DNA of 63,779 bases, filler included, from Octopus bimaculoides (lineage: Eukaryota), in the NCBI RefSeq assembly GCF_001194135.2. It is 5 parts of 5 records of this genome, joined end to end, with 100 filler letters (N's around TTAATTAATTAA, not from the genome) between each part and the next. Parts side by side here need not be neighbours in the genome. Positions count along the whole stretch, not along the records: positions 20,912 to 50,575 come from NC_068988.1; 4 more parts are not named here. One strand, written 5' to 3'. Numbering within the stretch: the stretch's first letter is position 1; each line of letters begins with the position of its first letter. Under the pieces are notes generated by a model that did not search any database, was not told the origin of the DNA, and was given only the letters and a program-made list of their open reading frames with translations. A program made the translations under genes and the position numbers. Positions 26,673 through 37,669 of this stretch are shown here, one piece after another.

Positions 26673-27833
26673 CAGCAAATAAAGCTTCCGTTAATTGCTC
26701 GTGAATTTTGTTCATCATTTATACGTCGCCAACAACCTAACACAACCACCATAGAACACTTCACACTCGACGTTGAATTTTCATTCTCCACAAACATTAA
26801 TGTCCAATCACGATAGTAGAAACATATGACAAAATTAAGCATATTCATCTGTACACTCAGCATTCTCATCGCAATGATATGGGAAACAATGGTGCAACCC
26901 CAACAGTAGATACCACAAACTCCAAACTTCATTCTAATATGCCAGACAGGTCACGCTAGGAAGTACAGGTGTCACAAATAGCCCTCGAACATGAATAGGG
27001 TACAAAGTAACGGTAGCTGTTCTAGTTTATCACTCAGAGCCTGCATTTTTCTCCCGTCACCTTATGGAACGTTGCTAATTTGGAAGAACTACAAGATACG
27101 AAACCTGTAGAATGTGTTTTTGTATTAGAAGATTTCGAAAAAGAAGTATCCATAATCCCGTCGGCTAATTCGGCTGAGTCGTAGAACCTTGTTCTCTCAC
27201 TGGCGCTAACATCGCTTGCACATCAGGAGGCAAACGAGACGGAAAGTCTTGTTTTAAAATAGACTCTTCTAATGGATTACCTTCTAGTAACTCCTTCATC
27301 CGTTTTAAGAGTTGAGAAAGTTTCTTATCCTCTAAAACTTTGCCTGGACGTATATCATAAAATCTCTGTTTTCACACTTTAATAAGACAATGAATCTGAA
27401 GGAATCATAATTATATCTTTTACTTTTCTACATAAAGCAGATGGGAGGACGCTAACTAGAAAGTTAAACTGATGGGCATCCGAAGAAATTGTGTTTGCTG
27501 AGAGGTGGGCCGCCAACTGTGCAAACCACACCGCTGCATCTCCCATCCAAGGTGGGTGAAATAGGACTATGCAGCCTGCATGGATGGGCTTCCATTATCT
27601 GCAGTGGACAGAACAAAAGCCAGTGGAGTTGGTATCTCGTAGCATCAATAATTTTAACTATCACAGGTAAAAGATAAGTAAAAAAAAAAAAAAAAAAAAT
27701 CGAAAATCGAATGTTTCTGCAACCAAGCCCCAAAAAGCTCTGAATTAAATTTGTTTTGATACTATGAATTAGAAAAATAGACAAATGCTTCTTTCTCTAT
27801 AAATTATTTGTATTAACTGCCATTTCGCGCAGA
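26673..27833 (-). mobile_element. Older degenerate Gypsy gag-protease remnant (CsRn1-like gag type)
   Basis: Across frameshifts: TISSDAHQFNFLVSVLPSALCRKVKDII...; DKKLSQLLKRMKELLEGNPLEESILKQDFPSRLPPDVQAML; AELADGIMD; C-terminal YH..ENAECT; protease-like FVENENS...AINGS. Confidence 0.75.
27492..27698 (+). mobile_element. ~207-bp poly(A)-tailed insertion interrupting the older gag
   Basis: Ends in an A-run of about 19-20 nt; gag-like translation resumes on both sides (…ETFDFR | TISSDAHQF…). Confidence 0.55.
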
Positions 27834-28368
27834 TTTGGCTGGAAAAACGTTGATCACGAAGATGGATTGAGTCGACCGGCATTTCTGTTGTCAAAATTTC
27901 CAAAGTGGGAGCTTTTTTCTCTGCTGACTGAACATTGCGGTTATGAATTTGGACTAGTTATTGAAGTTGTATGCAACGCTAATTGAAACAAATTCGCAAG
28001 TCCACAAAAATATTTGCTGGGTGTCAACGACGGTTATCTCTCCTGATCAAACAATCTAGAATATTCCAGAACATTCCAGGCGACTATGGTTAACTTCCCC
28101 TTCGCTAATTTACCAGAGGCATAACTCCTAAACAACATACAGGAAGTCGCTAGTAGCACATCGCCTATTTAAGCATGAACACCCGTTCAAACAATCTCTC
28201 TTCTCCAACTGCTTCTTCGGGATGCGACAAGGTCCACCGCGACCACGAGAGAGCCAGGCACATGAATTCGATGACTAATTTCCTAGCAGTAGCTCGCCGT
28301 GGTATTCTACGTCTCGTACCTGTGGAAAGTAAATCTCGTAGCTTGATTTACTTCTATTTACTCAAAGT

Positions 28369-28960
28369 GGATCTATTTTAAAACGGGGGCCACATTTTTC
28401 ATTAATGTTTTACGTAGTGTTTTTGGTACGGAAAGACTTTCAAACTTCGTATACTTATCTATTTTGTGTTCTATAACACAAAAATATTTTTGTATTCGAA
28501 TTTATTTCATGTAAAAAATTGTCTTATTTCGATAATTTCAACCAATCACTGACAAGTATTCAGTTGTTTATATTTACTCCTTTGGCTGATTAAGCGATGT
28601 AAAGCGTATTTAATCTCCATACCTTCGTTTTATTTGCTTTTTTCATTTTAAATTTGCTTTAACCCTAACCCTAACCCTAACCCTAACCCTAGGGTTAGGG
28701 TTAGGGTTAGGGTGAGGGTTAATTGTTTCAGAATCGTTTGTTTATGTAGTCATCACTTAATGTATATCGGCTGAATGGACGTCAGTGATTGGTTGAAATT
28801 ACAGAAATACGACAACTTTAACATGGAATAACTTATAGATTTCTTTGTTTTTAAAGAAGACTAAGAGAAAAAGATGTTTTATATGACACATTCTACCAGT
28901 GTTCCAAGTTTCAAAGTGTTTCGTTAATGAAAAATGTGGCCCCCGTTTTAAAAAAGATCC
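28369..28960. mobile_element. Non-autonomous DNA transposon (MITE-like) with central telomere-repeat palindrome
   Basis: 37-bp TIRs GGATCTATTTTAAAACGGGGGCCACATTTTTCATTAA (1 mismatch); flanks CTCAAAGT / CTCAAAAT as an 8-bp TSD with 1 mismatch; perfect 20-bp internal IR at 28534-53 / 28781-800; (AACCCT)5(AGGGTT)5 at 28659-28722. Confidence 0.9.
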
Positions 28961-29741
28961 CTCAAAATTGTTATGGAGCATGGCAAGTTGTTCAAAACCG
29001 TTCTTCTTCCCAGAAATCTTTATTGACATTGTATACTCACTGTACGCGTTCGTTTATTACGCATCTGAATAAAACCTTGAACCTGAAGTTATTCGCACAG
29101 AACGAGTGTTGTCGTTATCTATAGCACAGAGTCATTTCATGGCTATTGGATTAATGATTCAGTTCAATTATTAAAGTGTTGACGTTTTCATTTGCGACTT
29201 CCCTCGCTAAAAAGTTGTAGATGTCTTGGTATAACTTTAGACAGAACTTTATGGTCTCATTGTTGGTTTGGCCTTCTTCTATCGGGTCACTATTGTCGCA
29301 CTAGTTGATGGGATATTCTTTCTTCGTTGAAGTGACCTGAACGTTTGTAATTACAATAGAGATTACTTTTGCGTGAGAGTGGGGTACAATGCTGTCCATC
29401 TTTTAACCTAAGGCTGAACTTTAGCAAAGAAAAACTTGTCGAAATTAAGGGCTTGTTGCTTGTGCTGCACGTACTTCTGAAGAGTGCCACTCTTTAGTTT
29501 GCTTTTGACAAGAGGTGAGGATATGTGTTCTCTGGTGGCTTTCGTAACTTCTGCGCTAATTCTAGCGCATTTACGTTTTTATAGTCCATTTTGCGTGGGA
29601 AGCATCATAGAAGATTCTATGATATAGGATGATATTTCTACAAGCTAATTGGTCGGTAACCTGGGCTTGTCGCCTGACTCAAGCAGTGAGGTTTTGATTC
29701 TAGGCCTCACTACACAATAAACACAAGCAAACTGCATTAAA

Positions 29742-29801
<60 letters not shown>

Positions 29802-30486
29802 ACATCACTGCCTAAAATTTTACCATGTTACGCATTCTAATCACAGCAAATACCATTGCAGAAAGATTCTTTAATATACAAAGACACATTCTGGTGCAAA
29901 ACCAATTCATATAACGCAAAAAAGATATGCAATAGCATCGTACCTAAATTTCGTTAGCCAACACTAACATACTCCGAGCCAAAGACTGAGTATCTATGTC
30001 AGTGGCAGAGAGTAGGATATGTGCACCATACAAGTTGGCCGCTTTATATATGAATACTTGCTGTAGTCGGAGGTATATCAAGTGTGAGGAGGGTTGTAGC
30101 CCATTTGGCCACTACCCAGAGCAGGCAGAGCTCACACTATGCCACTGCTCTAGGTAGTTGCTACACTTGCCCCAAATTTCTCGAACAAACTTTATATAGC
30201 TAATAAAACTGAGAAAGGGAAGTAGGTAAAATGATATAAGAAAGGGGCGGGTATCGAAATGAAGGGAAGGGGTCTAATTATAGACACCGGCAGGTAGGTG
30301 AAGGGGAAATTCGAAGAATGAAGGTTGGTTGGCGGTAGAATGGTATGAGAGTAAACTGAGAGAGGTGGACAGAGATAAGACGCAAACTTCACCGCCTAAC
30401 GGTAAACCGACCCTACAATCTATCCTCTTGAGCACTATCCCAACCAACTTGGTAGCAATAATACAACCCTTAGAAACCCTACACGA

Positions 30487-31480
30487 TTCATGGAATGTGA
30501 GCAAATGAGGTTTAGTTTTTGACATAGTGTCCCTGGCAGTTCACACACTTCTTCCATCGGTGTTGCAGTGCTTGGATCTCATTGATGAAGAAGCTTTCGT
30601 CTTGTTCATCAAAAAAGTCAACAGCATATATGACGTCATCATTACTACGATACTGGTTCTCAGCCAAGTGTTTTTTCATGTTGGGGAATAGGTGATAATC
30701 AAATGGGACCAAATCAGGTGAATAGGGAGGCTGATCAACCAGTTCAAAGTCAAAGTCATGCACAGCAGCTATTGAACCCTATTGGACCTAGTGTGCTGGA
30801 GTATTGTCCTGATGAAACAAAACCCCTTTCATTAGTTTCCCCGGGCATTTGGTCTTGATAGAAAGTTGGCATAGTACTCTCTATTGATGTTGTGGTTCTT
30901 TTGAAGATAGTCAATAAACACAATGTCTTCTGCATCCACCAAAACTGAGACCGATACCTTGCCAGCAGATGACATGATCTTGGACTTCTTTGGACCAGGC
31001 GAGGAGGGGGTGTTTCCACTGCATGGATTGTCTCTTTGTCTCTGGCTGAAAGTGACGAAGCCAACACTCATCCTGGGTTAGGAAACATTCAAGGAAACCA
31101 TCTGGGATGATTTCAGCCTGGTGCAATTTTGAACAAGTGCCAGAAGATGTGGCACCCACCGAGCATAAACCTTCGTCATGCCAAGTTCATTGTGAAGAAT
31201 ATTTTCAATTTTCTCACGGGTTATGCTTAAAGCATTGGCTATTTAATTTATTATCAATCATCTCCCATCCATCACCATATGGTGAGCACGATCAATGTTT
31301 TCCTCAGTGGTGACAGTTGCAGGACGTCCAGATCTTGAGTCATGGTCAAGACTCTCCCTTCTCCTCCTAAATTTAGTTGCGCACTTTTACACTCTTGATA
31401 AAGCTGGAGCGTCATCTCCTAATGTAGCAACCATGAATGGGCTCTTGCCCTAAGGATCCTAAAAAATGCGCTTGGTCTGG
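30487..31480 (-). mobile_element. mariner transposase pseudogene, copy 1
   Basis: SGRPATVTTEENID, ARWVPHLL, TQDECWLRHFQPETKRQSMQW, SAGKV, PPYSPDLVPFDYHLFPNMKK: WVPHxL and YSPDL motifs with DD34D-type catalytic region; multiple stops and frameshifts. Confidence 0.92.
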
Positions 31481-31525
31481 GTGCCTTAATAAATTCAAAT
31501 GGTCAGTGCCTTCATGATGGGAAAT

Positions 31526-32486
31526 TCATGGGCATGCATCGTCGTGCAACAATAACACTTGCTTTGGCAGTAGACCTTGGCGTCTAGTGTGAATTACTGG
31601 TTTCAGGTTGTTGGTCAGCATTTCACTGTAGTCTACCTTGGTGGCTGTGTAAAACATTTTCCAGCTAATACCCCAGTGTAGGCTCTTTTGCGTTACCCCA
31701 AAACGGTTAACATCACTTTTTCTGCGAAAGGTTGAGTCTTGAATTTCCTTTTCGTTGGCGATTCCGGGTGTTTCCATTCCATACTCTACCTTTTGGATTC
31801 TGGTTCAAAGTGATGAACCCAGATCTCATCTCCTGTGGCTATTACCTCCAGAGAATGTTTCCCCTTCATCATTGTAGTGGTCGAATAACCGTTACCAGAT
31901 CTCAACACGATTGCGCATATGCTCATCGGTAAGCTCTCACCCATCTCTCACAGACTTTACGGAAGCGAAGCTTATCGTGGATGATTTCGTATGCAGAACC
32001 ATTGCTAATTGCAGAGAACATGCCACTTCATCGATGGTTACTCGTCCGTTCGAAATTGTCGAATCTTCATATCAGTAGTGGTGGTTATGGATGTTATGCT
32101 CATTCTTCGTGCTTCACACTTGTTTGTCTGGCCATTTTTAAATTTCTCGATCCACTCATAAATATTTCTACGCAGTGGAGCGTTGTCCCCATAGTGTATT
32201 GAAAGCTGACGATAACTTTCAGCCCCTGACACACTTTAAGACCAAAGAAATCGGATCACTTATCTCTGTTCTTTCCTTGGGCACACGTCCAGCAGAGCAG
32301 CCATGTTTACTCTGTAACACAAGAAAGAAAATTGGAGCGATCAAGGTCAAACGCTGAAGGCAATGCAGCGAGCGCTGAATGCAATGTGGCAAGCGTTGAA
32401 TGCAATGCAGCGAGTGCTGAAGGCGATGCAGCCAATCTAAAGAAAGTTTTGGCGAAAGTGCGGACAGTTTTTGACTTGCCCGAGTA
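31526..32486 (-). mobile_element. mariner transposase pseudogene, copy 2 (different subfamily, 3'-truncated)
   Basis: ATG at 32304: MAALLDVCPRKEQR*VIRFLW...YEWIEKFKNG; TGDEIWVHHFEPESK; LLHDDACP; TIR-like end TACTCGGGCAAGTCAAAAA at 32486. Confidence 0.88.
32352..32433. repeat. 21-bp tandem repeat x4 in the 5' region of mariner copy 2
   Basis: CGCTGAAGGCAATGCAGCGAG and variants. Confidence 0.85.
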
Positions 32487-32708
32487 TTTTTTATTTCAGA
32501 CTTATATATGATATCTCCGGAGTAAAACAGATGAGTCAAGACGAGATGAAAAATGATTGGAAGTTTTAATAGAACAGAAGGAATATTAATAAGACGCACA
32601 GAAACATCAATTTGTCATGTCGAAATGTGGTTTTCTTTCGTTTTCGGTCTTTCTTTAATCTCTCTCTCCCCACCTCTCTCTCTAGTACACGCTTCTCACT
32701 CATTTGTC

Positions 32709-32745
<37 letters not shown>

Positions 32746-33354
32746 CGATCGATCGATAGATAGATAACCTAATGTACAAACGCACACACGTGCACACACT
32801 CACACGCGCACACATGTGCATACATACACATACGCGTGCACACTCACACACAGACATAAAGGGACGGAAAAGGAGAATGTATTTGGAATGCTGGCGTTAT
32901 TAGCATTTCTCTGTTTAAACTTACATTTTCGTAAAATAGTACACGATTTCGAATTACTATACAAGATAAACTGTTTATTCTTTCATGTTTGTATATAAAA
33001 ATAGTCAAGTTTTCTGCTCTGTAAATCCGATTGTTGATTTTTATAAAGTTTGAATATATTTATAACTCCATAAAAATGATCAGACTAAATAAGTTTAAAA
33101 GTTAAACAATATAAAGATAAATTGTTTTCTATCTCTTATCGCATTTTAAACTGCGCAGTTTTTAAAGATATGATTTTCTAGACGAGAAATTTTATTAGTA
33201 ATTGCATTCCTCTATATTTTGTATGAAATATAATTGCTTCCTTGAAGTAAATAGGATTTGATATCAATATATTATATATTAAATCGACGGCGAGCTTTTA
33301 GAGTCGTTAAAGAGTCAGATATAATGCTTTGTAATATTTGTTCCAGTTTTCAAA

Positions 33355-33566
33355 AACGGCAAACTAGCAGAATCGTTAGCACGCCGGGTAAAATGCTTAG
33401 CATAATTTCGTACGTCTTTACATTCTGACTTCAAATGCCACTGGGGTAGACTTTGCCTGTCATGCTTTCTGGGTCGATAAAATAAGTACCAGTTGAATAT
33501 TGGAGGCGATGTAATCAACTCATCCCCTCCCACGAAATCGCTGGCCTTGAGCCAAAATTTTAAATC
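33355..33566 (+). mobile_element. SINE S1
   Basis: GCAGAATCGTTAGCACGCCGGG...GACTTTGCCTGTCATGC...GTCGATAAAATAAGTACCAG. Confidence 0.85.
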
Positions 33567-34295
33567 AACATTGAAAATTAAACTGAAACAAAACAAGAAT
33601 AAATTACTTTCTCTCTTCCATTGTATTTGAACCTACATATCTTTTACAGATTTGATTTTTAAAAGACGAATTCTAATAATCTGTTTAGACCTTAGACAGC
33701 TCTTGCACAACGTTCATGGTCAAAATTTATTCCAGAACCCCACCCGTAACAACTGTTTAAAATGTACGTGCAACATACATCAAATCATGCCAGAGAAGAC
33801 AACTCTTGGAAGACAGTACAGCCTTAAAATAGGCTGCAATCTCGCCTCATCCTGGGGAGCGGGGGTGGGGCAGTCGATTACATCAACCTCATTGCTTGAA
33901 AGATGCAAATAAGTGAAGACTCATTCTTTCTCCAACTTCATTTTGTTATTGTCCTTACCATGTAAATGTTTAACTATGCGTTCTATGCACCCTTTCCTCT
34001 TCTTTCACCGCGTTTTCTCCTACTTATCTCTCCCTTCTGTCTACCATCTTCAGAACTGGAAGATCTACTTATTCGCGATGCGTCCACCGTCACCCGCCCC
34101 CACCACCACCGCCTACACCGGAAGTTTTTTTTCCTCACTCCTCTATAAATGTGTGAAAGGCCTTACCTCCTTTCCTACTCCTTTGGTTATATTGGCTCAC
34201 TAGTCCTATATACAAGATAATAGAATGTCACTGGAGCACAAGCAACAAAGCCACAGTGGCAATTATTTTAATATTAATAACGACGATTATAATCA

Positions 34296-34494
34296 TTCTT
34301 TCTACTAGAAGCACAAGGCCTCAAATCTGGGAGAAAGGGATTAATTCGATTACATCGACCTCAGTGCGTAATCGACCCCTAAAGGATGAAAGGCAAAGTC
34401 GACCTCGATGGAATTTGAACTCAGAACGTATCGGTAGACGAAATACCGCTAAGCATTTCGCCCGGCATCATAACGATTCTCCCAGCTCATCGCC
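34296..34494 (-). mobile_element. SINE S1 in a (TAA)n tract
   Basis: GGATGAAAGGCAAAGTCGACCTCG...ATTTGAACTCAGAACG...CGCC, then (TAA)n. Confidence 0.9.
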
Positions 34495-34569
<75 letters not shown>

Positions 34570-34570
<1 letters not shown>

Positions 34571-35044
34571 CTGCCCATATCCTACGTAAAATACTGTCTA
34601 CAGGCCGCTAGTATTTACAGTGTTAAACATTTCGGTTTGCAAATTAAGGACTCCTCCATAGAGTAACTGCTGCATTTGTTGAGTATATAAACAGTTTGGC
34701 TGCTTGTTTCTCTGGAGATTGTCAGAATGATGTAGATGCCTCTGATGAGAACCCAATGAGGTTAGAAAATCGATTAAGGTAGTTCATCATGATTTTCAGT
34801 CTGCGGAGAAATGGCTAAAATTTGCCCTGTTTATAATTATACCATATATTACATATGTAATATCAACTTTTAAAAGAAACTTATAATTTTCATATGTTTT
34901 CTTAAACATACTCTAAAACAATACTACGTGCAAAACCAAATATATGACACTCTAGGCATAACACCAACTCGAACTTTGTCTATTGAGGTCTCTGGGTGAG
35001 ATTTGGTGTCAACTTGTATGGTGTCAACAAAGCAAAAGTCAAAC

Positions 35045-35046
<2 letters not shown>
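34570..35046 (+). mobile_element. 5'-truncated R4/Dong-type LINE 3' end, interrupted by a ~253-bp insertion
   Basis: ACT GCC CAT ATC CTA CGT AAA ATA CTG TCT = TAHILRKILS, the family C-terminal motif (compare 55510-55540); flanked by (TAA)n on both sides. Confidence 0.7.
34737..34781 (+). ncRNA. Minimal type I hammerhead ribozyme motif, probably degenerate
   Basis: Stem I TGCCT/AGGTA; core CTGATGA (34742-48); stem II AACC-caatga-GGTT; GAAA (34765-68); 2-bp stem III with palindromic TCGA loop; UUA triplet. The 10.1-11.1 position is G-A rather than G-C. Confidence 0.6.
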
Positions 35047-35099
<53 letters not shown>

Positions 35100-35100
<1 letters not shown>

Positions 35101-35725
35101 TGCTCGGAGGCAGTACCAGGCAGTGACTCTCATGGCTTCTGATCTTAATTGATTGGAAGTGTTATCATGTACATTGTTTTGTCTTGGTATAAAAGATGGA
35201 CTACAGCAAATATTCTGCTTAATACCACAAATTTGCCTGTTAGTTGTTTGACCTTAACCAGTTGAACATGTCCCTTGGTGGCTGACGATATGTGCATTTC
35301 TGATCATGAGCAGAAGTAGCGGGGAAGCATCATAGCCACGTGTTGAGAGGAATTCTTTGGGGTTTGAATAATTCACCTTTGGAAACATGGGTGCTTTGCT
35401 CAACATCCTTAAACAAACCTTATTCAGGGATCTTTTGAGCGGATAGGCTACTCGACCTGAAGAAAATTCTAACTAGNNNNNNNNNNNNNNNNNNNNNNNN
35501 NNNNNNNNNNNNNNNNNNNNNNNNNNNNNNNNNNNNNNNNNNNNNNNNNNNNNNNNNNNNNNNCATGCGCTGTTTATCTTGATATGAGATCACCATGTCA
35601 CGCACATATGGTTGTGAGGCATGTGCCTGGTGTACCCTTATCAGACGGGTAGTCATGAGGGGTATCATGGGCTTCGTATATTTTACCCCAGTGTCACTTT
35701 GATGGCATGCATTGCTCTCTCACTC
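35100..35725. mobile_element. ~630-bp non-coding interspersed element flanked by (TAA)n, copy 1 (contains a gap)
   Basis: Homologous to 36023-36547 and 58779-58903; ends ...CCCCAGTGTCACTTTGATGGCATGCATTGCTCTCTCACTC-(AAT)n. Confidence 0.85.
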
Positions 35726-35790
<65 letters not shown>

Positions 35791-35791
<1 letters not shown>

Positions 35792-35994
35792 CTTTTCTAC
35801 TATAGGCACAAGGCCTGAAAATTTAGGGGAGGGGACTAGTCGACCCCAGTGTTTCACTGGTACTTAATTTATCGACCCCAAAAGGATGAAAGGCAAAGTC
35901 GACCTCGGCGAAATTTGAACTCAGGACGTAGCTACGGGCGAAATGCTGCTAAGCGTTTCGTCTAGCGTGCTAACGATTTTACCGGTTCGCCGCC
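35791..35994 (-). mobile_element. SINE S1 in a (TAA)n tract
   Basis: Complete head-to-tail copy with (TAA)n on both sides. Confidence 0.9.
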
Positions 35995-36022
35995 TTAATA
36001 ATAATAATAATAATAATAATAA

Positions 36023-36547
36023 TTCAGTACCAAGCAATGGCTCTCATGGCTTCTCATCTTAATCGACTAGAAGTATTATCATGTACATCGTTTTACTTTG
36101 GTATAAAAGATGCGCTACAGCAAATATTCTACTCAATACCACAAATTTGCTTGTCAGTTGTTTGGCCTTAACCAGTTGAACATGTCCCTTAGTGGCTTAC
36201 GATATTTACATCTCTGTTCACGAGCAGAAGTAGTGGGGGAGCATCATAGCCATGTGTTGAGAGAAATTCTTTGGGGTTTGGATAATTCACCTTTGGAAAC
36301 ATGGATGTTTCGTTCAACATCCTTAAACAACCCTTATAGGCTACTCGACCTGAAGAAAATTCTAACTGGGCCCCACCTGCAAGGTCATGCGCTGTTTATC
36401 TTGATATAAGATCACCATGTCGCGCACATATGGTTGTGATGCATATGCCTGGTGTACTCTTATCAGACGAGTAGTCACGATGGGTAAACTGGGCTTCGTA
36501 TATTTTACCCCAGTGTCACTTTGATGGCACGCACTGCTCTCTCACTC
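36023..36547. mobile_element. ~630-bp (TAA)n-flanked element, copy 2
   Basis: Colinear with 35100-35725 with small deletions; same orientation. Confidence 0.85.
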
Positions 36548-37669
36548 AACAATAATAATAATAATTATAATAATAATAATAATTAACACTAATACAACCC
36601 AGCAGGACAACTGAAAAAATAACTCTCAAAACTTGGAATATCTACTATTTCCTGTGAGTCTTTTAAATTTCCCTAAAAAAAATTTTGAAACTTACATAAT
36701 TACAGTTCTCGAACACACAAACGATCATCTTTAAAAACTTTAATATCTACAACTTCTGTGAATACCTATCCTTTCCTTTTTCCCTTAGTATTCGAAAATG
36801 TAAACATCCTTTCTATTGTAAGAACACTACAGGGATCTTTTCTCTTATGGTTGCCAGCGTCAATTTTCCGTTCGAATCGATTTCATATTCAGTGTAATGA
36901 TACACTATTATAGGCTAATTAATGACGTGAAAGTAATAATATAAATAAAGAGTTAATAGTAATTAAAGTTTGAACATCGTAATCCACAGACACATTCATG
37001 GCTGTTTCGATAGTAAGAAGCGGAACATGAGAACTCTTTTGTCTCTCAACGTGCTTGTTGCCATAGTAAGAAGCAAACCCAAGCAGTCTTTGAAAAGTCT
37101 TTTATCTGCGAAGAAGCACGTGTTGACAAACTTGACGCTGTGTTCTGTGTTCTGTGTGATTATGGCTGCAAGCTCCAGTAACTTCACTTCTATTATGGAA
37201 AAATGCAAACAGAGGAGGATATTTTAAAAATTAAAACCGAAAGTTAAATGTTTTTAAGCATATTTAAATTGTTTGTTTCATGTTTGTTTCTTTTTGTCAT
37301 TGAGCATTGAAGTGGTTGTGAGGTGTGTTAAAAATAACAGCTAAATAAGATTTTTTTGGATAAATCTTTTAAATTAAAGTTTATTCGCCAACATTTCGCT
37401 CAGAGATTTAAAATTAACTGTTTTTCTCTTTTAAATTAACATAAACATTTATTTACATGAAAGAAAATTACCGGAGACCTTTCATCAAATTCTTCTAAAT
37501 CTGTCTTTTAAAAATTGGGATCTCTTCAGTTTGGCTCACAGATTAAAAAAAAATTTTTTTTTAACTAAACAGTTTAAAACTTCGTTTACTACTGTAATTT
37601 CTCACGCTGAACACGGTTTATTTTCAACATTTTTGAGAAAATTTCATATTTTAGAAGTTATATCGTGTT

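Noticed and set aside
28659-28722. True chromosome end-to-end fusion site
   Set aside because: Only five repeats per side, embedded in a TIR/TSD-bounded element; better explained as transposon-internal sequence.
29140-29600. Additional gag remnant (YCNYKRSGH) and PBS-like TAGTGACCCGA at about 29283-29293
   Set aside because: The motifs are too degenerate to define an element or link it to the 26.7-27.8 kb gag.
34052-34150. Strong polypyrimidine acceptor followed by a short open frame
   Set aside because: No good donor; all frames stop or run into low-complexity sequence.
36970-37230. Minus-strand ORF, possible MULE/FLYWCH remnant or exon
   Set aside because: Only a weak HNH..E.R..RQ resemblance; no donor site and no further domains.
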